Positions 62,801 through 64,000 of a DNA stretch of 64,000 nucleotides are shown piece by piece. The stretch lies in assembly GCF_009914755.1 (NCBI RefSeq), contig NC_060937.1; one strand, written 5' to 3'. Position numbers and translations under genes: made by a program. Every line of letters begins with the position of its first letter. Positions within the stretch are counted from its first letter, which is position 1. The notes under the pieces are model-generated. The model had not been told where the DNA came from, made no database searches, and was given only the letters and a program-made list of their open reading frames with translations. Origin of the DNA: the human T2T-CHM13v2.0 reference genome, Homo sapiens.

Positions 62801-64000
62801 GTACATAAAATAAGAAAGAACATCAAATGTAGATTATATACTGTACATAAAATATCAAAGTACCCCAAATATATATTATATACTCTACATGAAATATCAA
62901 AGTTCACAAACCATATATTATATACTGTACATAAAATATCAAACTACCCAAGGTATATATTCTATAATGTACAAAAAATATCAAAGTAACCAAAGCGTGT
63001 ATTATATACTTTATATAAAATATGAAATTACATCAAAAATATATTAGGTACATAAAATATGAAAGTACATCAAATATAGATTATATACTGTACTTAAAAT
63101 ATCAATGTACCCCAAATATATATTTTATACTCTACATGAAATATCAAAGTTCACAAACTATATATTATATACTGTACGTAAAATATCAAAATACCCAAGG
63201 TATATATTCTATACTGAACAAAAAATATCAAAGTACCCAAAGCATGTATTATATACTGTACATAAAATATGAAAGTACATCAAATATATATCTTATTCTG
63301 TACATAAAATATCAATGTACACCAGATATATATTCTATAGTGTACATAAAATATCAAAGTACCCAAACTATACATTATATACTGTACAGAAAATATGAAA
63401 TTACAGCAAATATATATTATATTAGGTACATAAAATATGAAAGTACATCAAATATAGATTATATACTGTACATTAAATACCAAAGTAACCCAAATATATA
63501 TTTTATACTGTACATGAAATATCAAAGTTCACAAACCATATATTATATACTGTACATAAAATATCAAAGTACACAAGGTATATATTCTATACTGTACAAA
63601 AAGTATCAAAGTACCCAAAGCATGTATTATAAACTGTACATAAAATATGAAAGTACATCAAATATATATTTTATTCTGTACATAAAATATCAAAGTACAC
63701 CAGATATACATTCTACACTGTACATAAAATATCAAATTACCCAAACTATACATTATATACTGTACATAAAATATAAGATTACATCAAATATATATTATAT
63801 TAGGTACATAAAATATGAAAGTACATCAGATATAGATTATATACTGTACATAAAATATCAAAGTACCCCAAATATATATTATATACTCTACATGAAATAT
63901 CAAAGTTCACAAACCATATATTATATACTGTACATAAAATATCAAAGTACCCAAGGTATATATTCTATACTGTACAAAAAATATCAAAGTACCCAAAGCA
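41851..64000 (+). repeat. Domain 3: variant 9-mer HOR with mixed 378-bp and 373-bp units
   Basis: A recurrent 5-bp deletion in monomer G (aaatatatattaggtac instead of aaatatatattatattaggtac) first appears at ~41950. Other markers: acaccagat, aaataacaaagtac, ctctacatg, caaaccat. ORF starts are spaced 373 bp (44730/45103, 46775/47148, 49233/49606, 51742/52115). Confidence 0.9.
49430..64000 (+). repeat. 9,153-bp-offset near-identical duplication (~49430-54850 repeated at ~58580-64000, truncated by window end)
   Basis: Identical ORF pairs 49606/58759, 49924/59077, 50961/60114, 51742/60895, 52115/61268, 53244/62397. Private variants gaagggatg (49780/58933) and ttggcaa (51497/60650) recur. Confidence 0.93.

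Larger units (their letters stand above)
1..64000 (+). repeat. Human Satellite 1A (HSat1A / SAR / classical satellite I) array, 42-bp monomer
   Basis: Continuous 42-bp periodicity (14-aa periodicity in the ORF track). The monomer is 17-bp ACATAAAATAT(C/G)AAAGT plus 25-bp ACCCAAACTATATATTATATACTGT, delimited by GTAC. It is extremely AT-rich, nearly CpG-free and shows 378-bp 9-mer higher-order periodicity, all as established for HSat1A. Species and chromosome cannot be determined from the sequence alone. Confidence 0.95.

Noticed and set aside
9-62813. All ORFs in the six-frame track as protein-coding genes
   Set aside because: They are translations of the 42-bp satellite monomer. They begin and end at random point mutations or indels, have no non-repetitive domain, and lack any gene context.
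1-64000. CRISPR-like array (constant ACTGTACATAAAATAT alternating with variable segments)
   Set aside because: The variable parts are homologous to one another and recur in a fixed 9- or 14-unit order rather than being unique spacers. There are no cas genes or leader.
1-64000. Transposon insertion, inversion or unique-sequence island
   Set aside because: None seen on reading through. The monomer is in the same orientation and phase throughout, apart from small indels and monomer skips.
1-64000. Alpha satellite, HSat1B, HSat2/3, or an AT-rich protist or organelle repeat gene
   Set aside because: There is no 171-bp period or CENP-B box, no Alu-containing ~2.4-kb unit and no CATTC motif. The 17+25-bp RsaI structure and 378-bp HOR fit HSat1A.
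1-64000. Assignment to a specific chromosome (chr3, chr4 or an acrocentric short arm)
   Set aside because: HSat1A occurs at several loci and the window has no flanking unique sequence. This needs alignment to a T2T assembly.

Overview
The whole 64 kb is one uninterrupted, single-orientation, very AT-rich tandem array of a 42-bp monomer (consensus ~ACATAAAATATCAAAGT + ACCCAAACTATATATTATATACTGT, i.e. 17+25 bp pieces separated by GTAC/RsaI sites). This matches human/hominoid classical Satellite I, HSat1A (Repbase SAR). I see no genes, RNA genes, transposon insertions, inversions or unique sequence. All ORFs in the track are artefacts of a 42-bp (14-codon) repeat with one mostly stop-free frame. 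The interest lies in the higher-order structure. Naming the nine monomer types A-I by their translation (A MKYQSSQT, B ..STQG, C KKYQSTQS, D ..ESTSNIYF, E ..STPNIYS, F ..STQTIH, G ..EITSN..IRY, H ..ESTSNID, I ..STPNIYY), there are three domains. (1) ~1-22,940: a homogeneous 587-bp 14-mer HOR, AFGHI+ABCDEFGHI with a 1-bp deletion. (2) ~22,940-41,850: the canonical, more diverged 378-bp 9-mer. (3) ~41,850-64,000: a variant 9-mer mixing 378- and 373-bp units. Nested recent duplications are superimposed (83, 1008, 1129, 1594, 3101, 4402, 4967, 5667, 9153 and 9558 bp offsets). Periods were derived by eye from ORF-track coordinates and private variants, not by alignment, so boundaries are approximate. 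I found no evidence for a novel protein-coding or CRISPR-like system.
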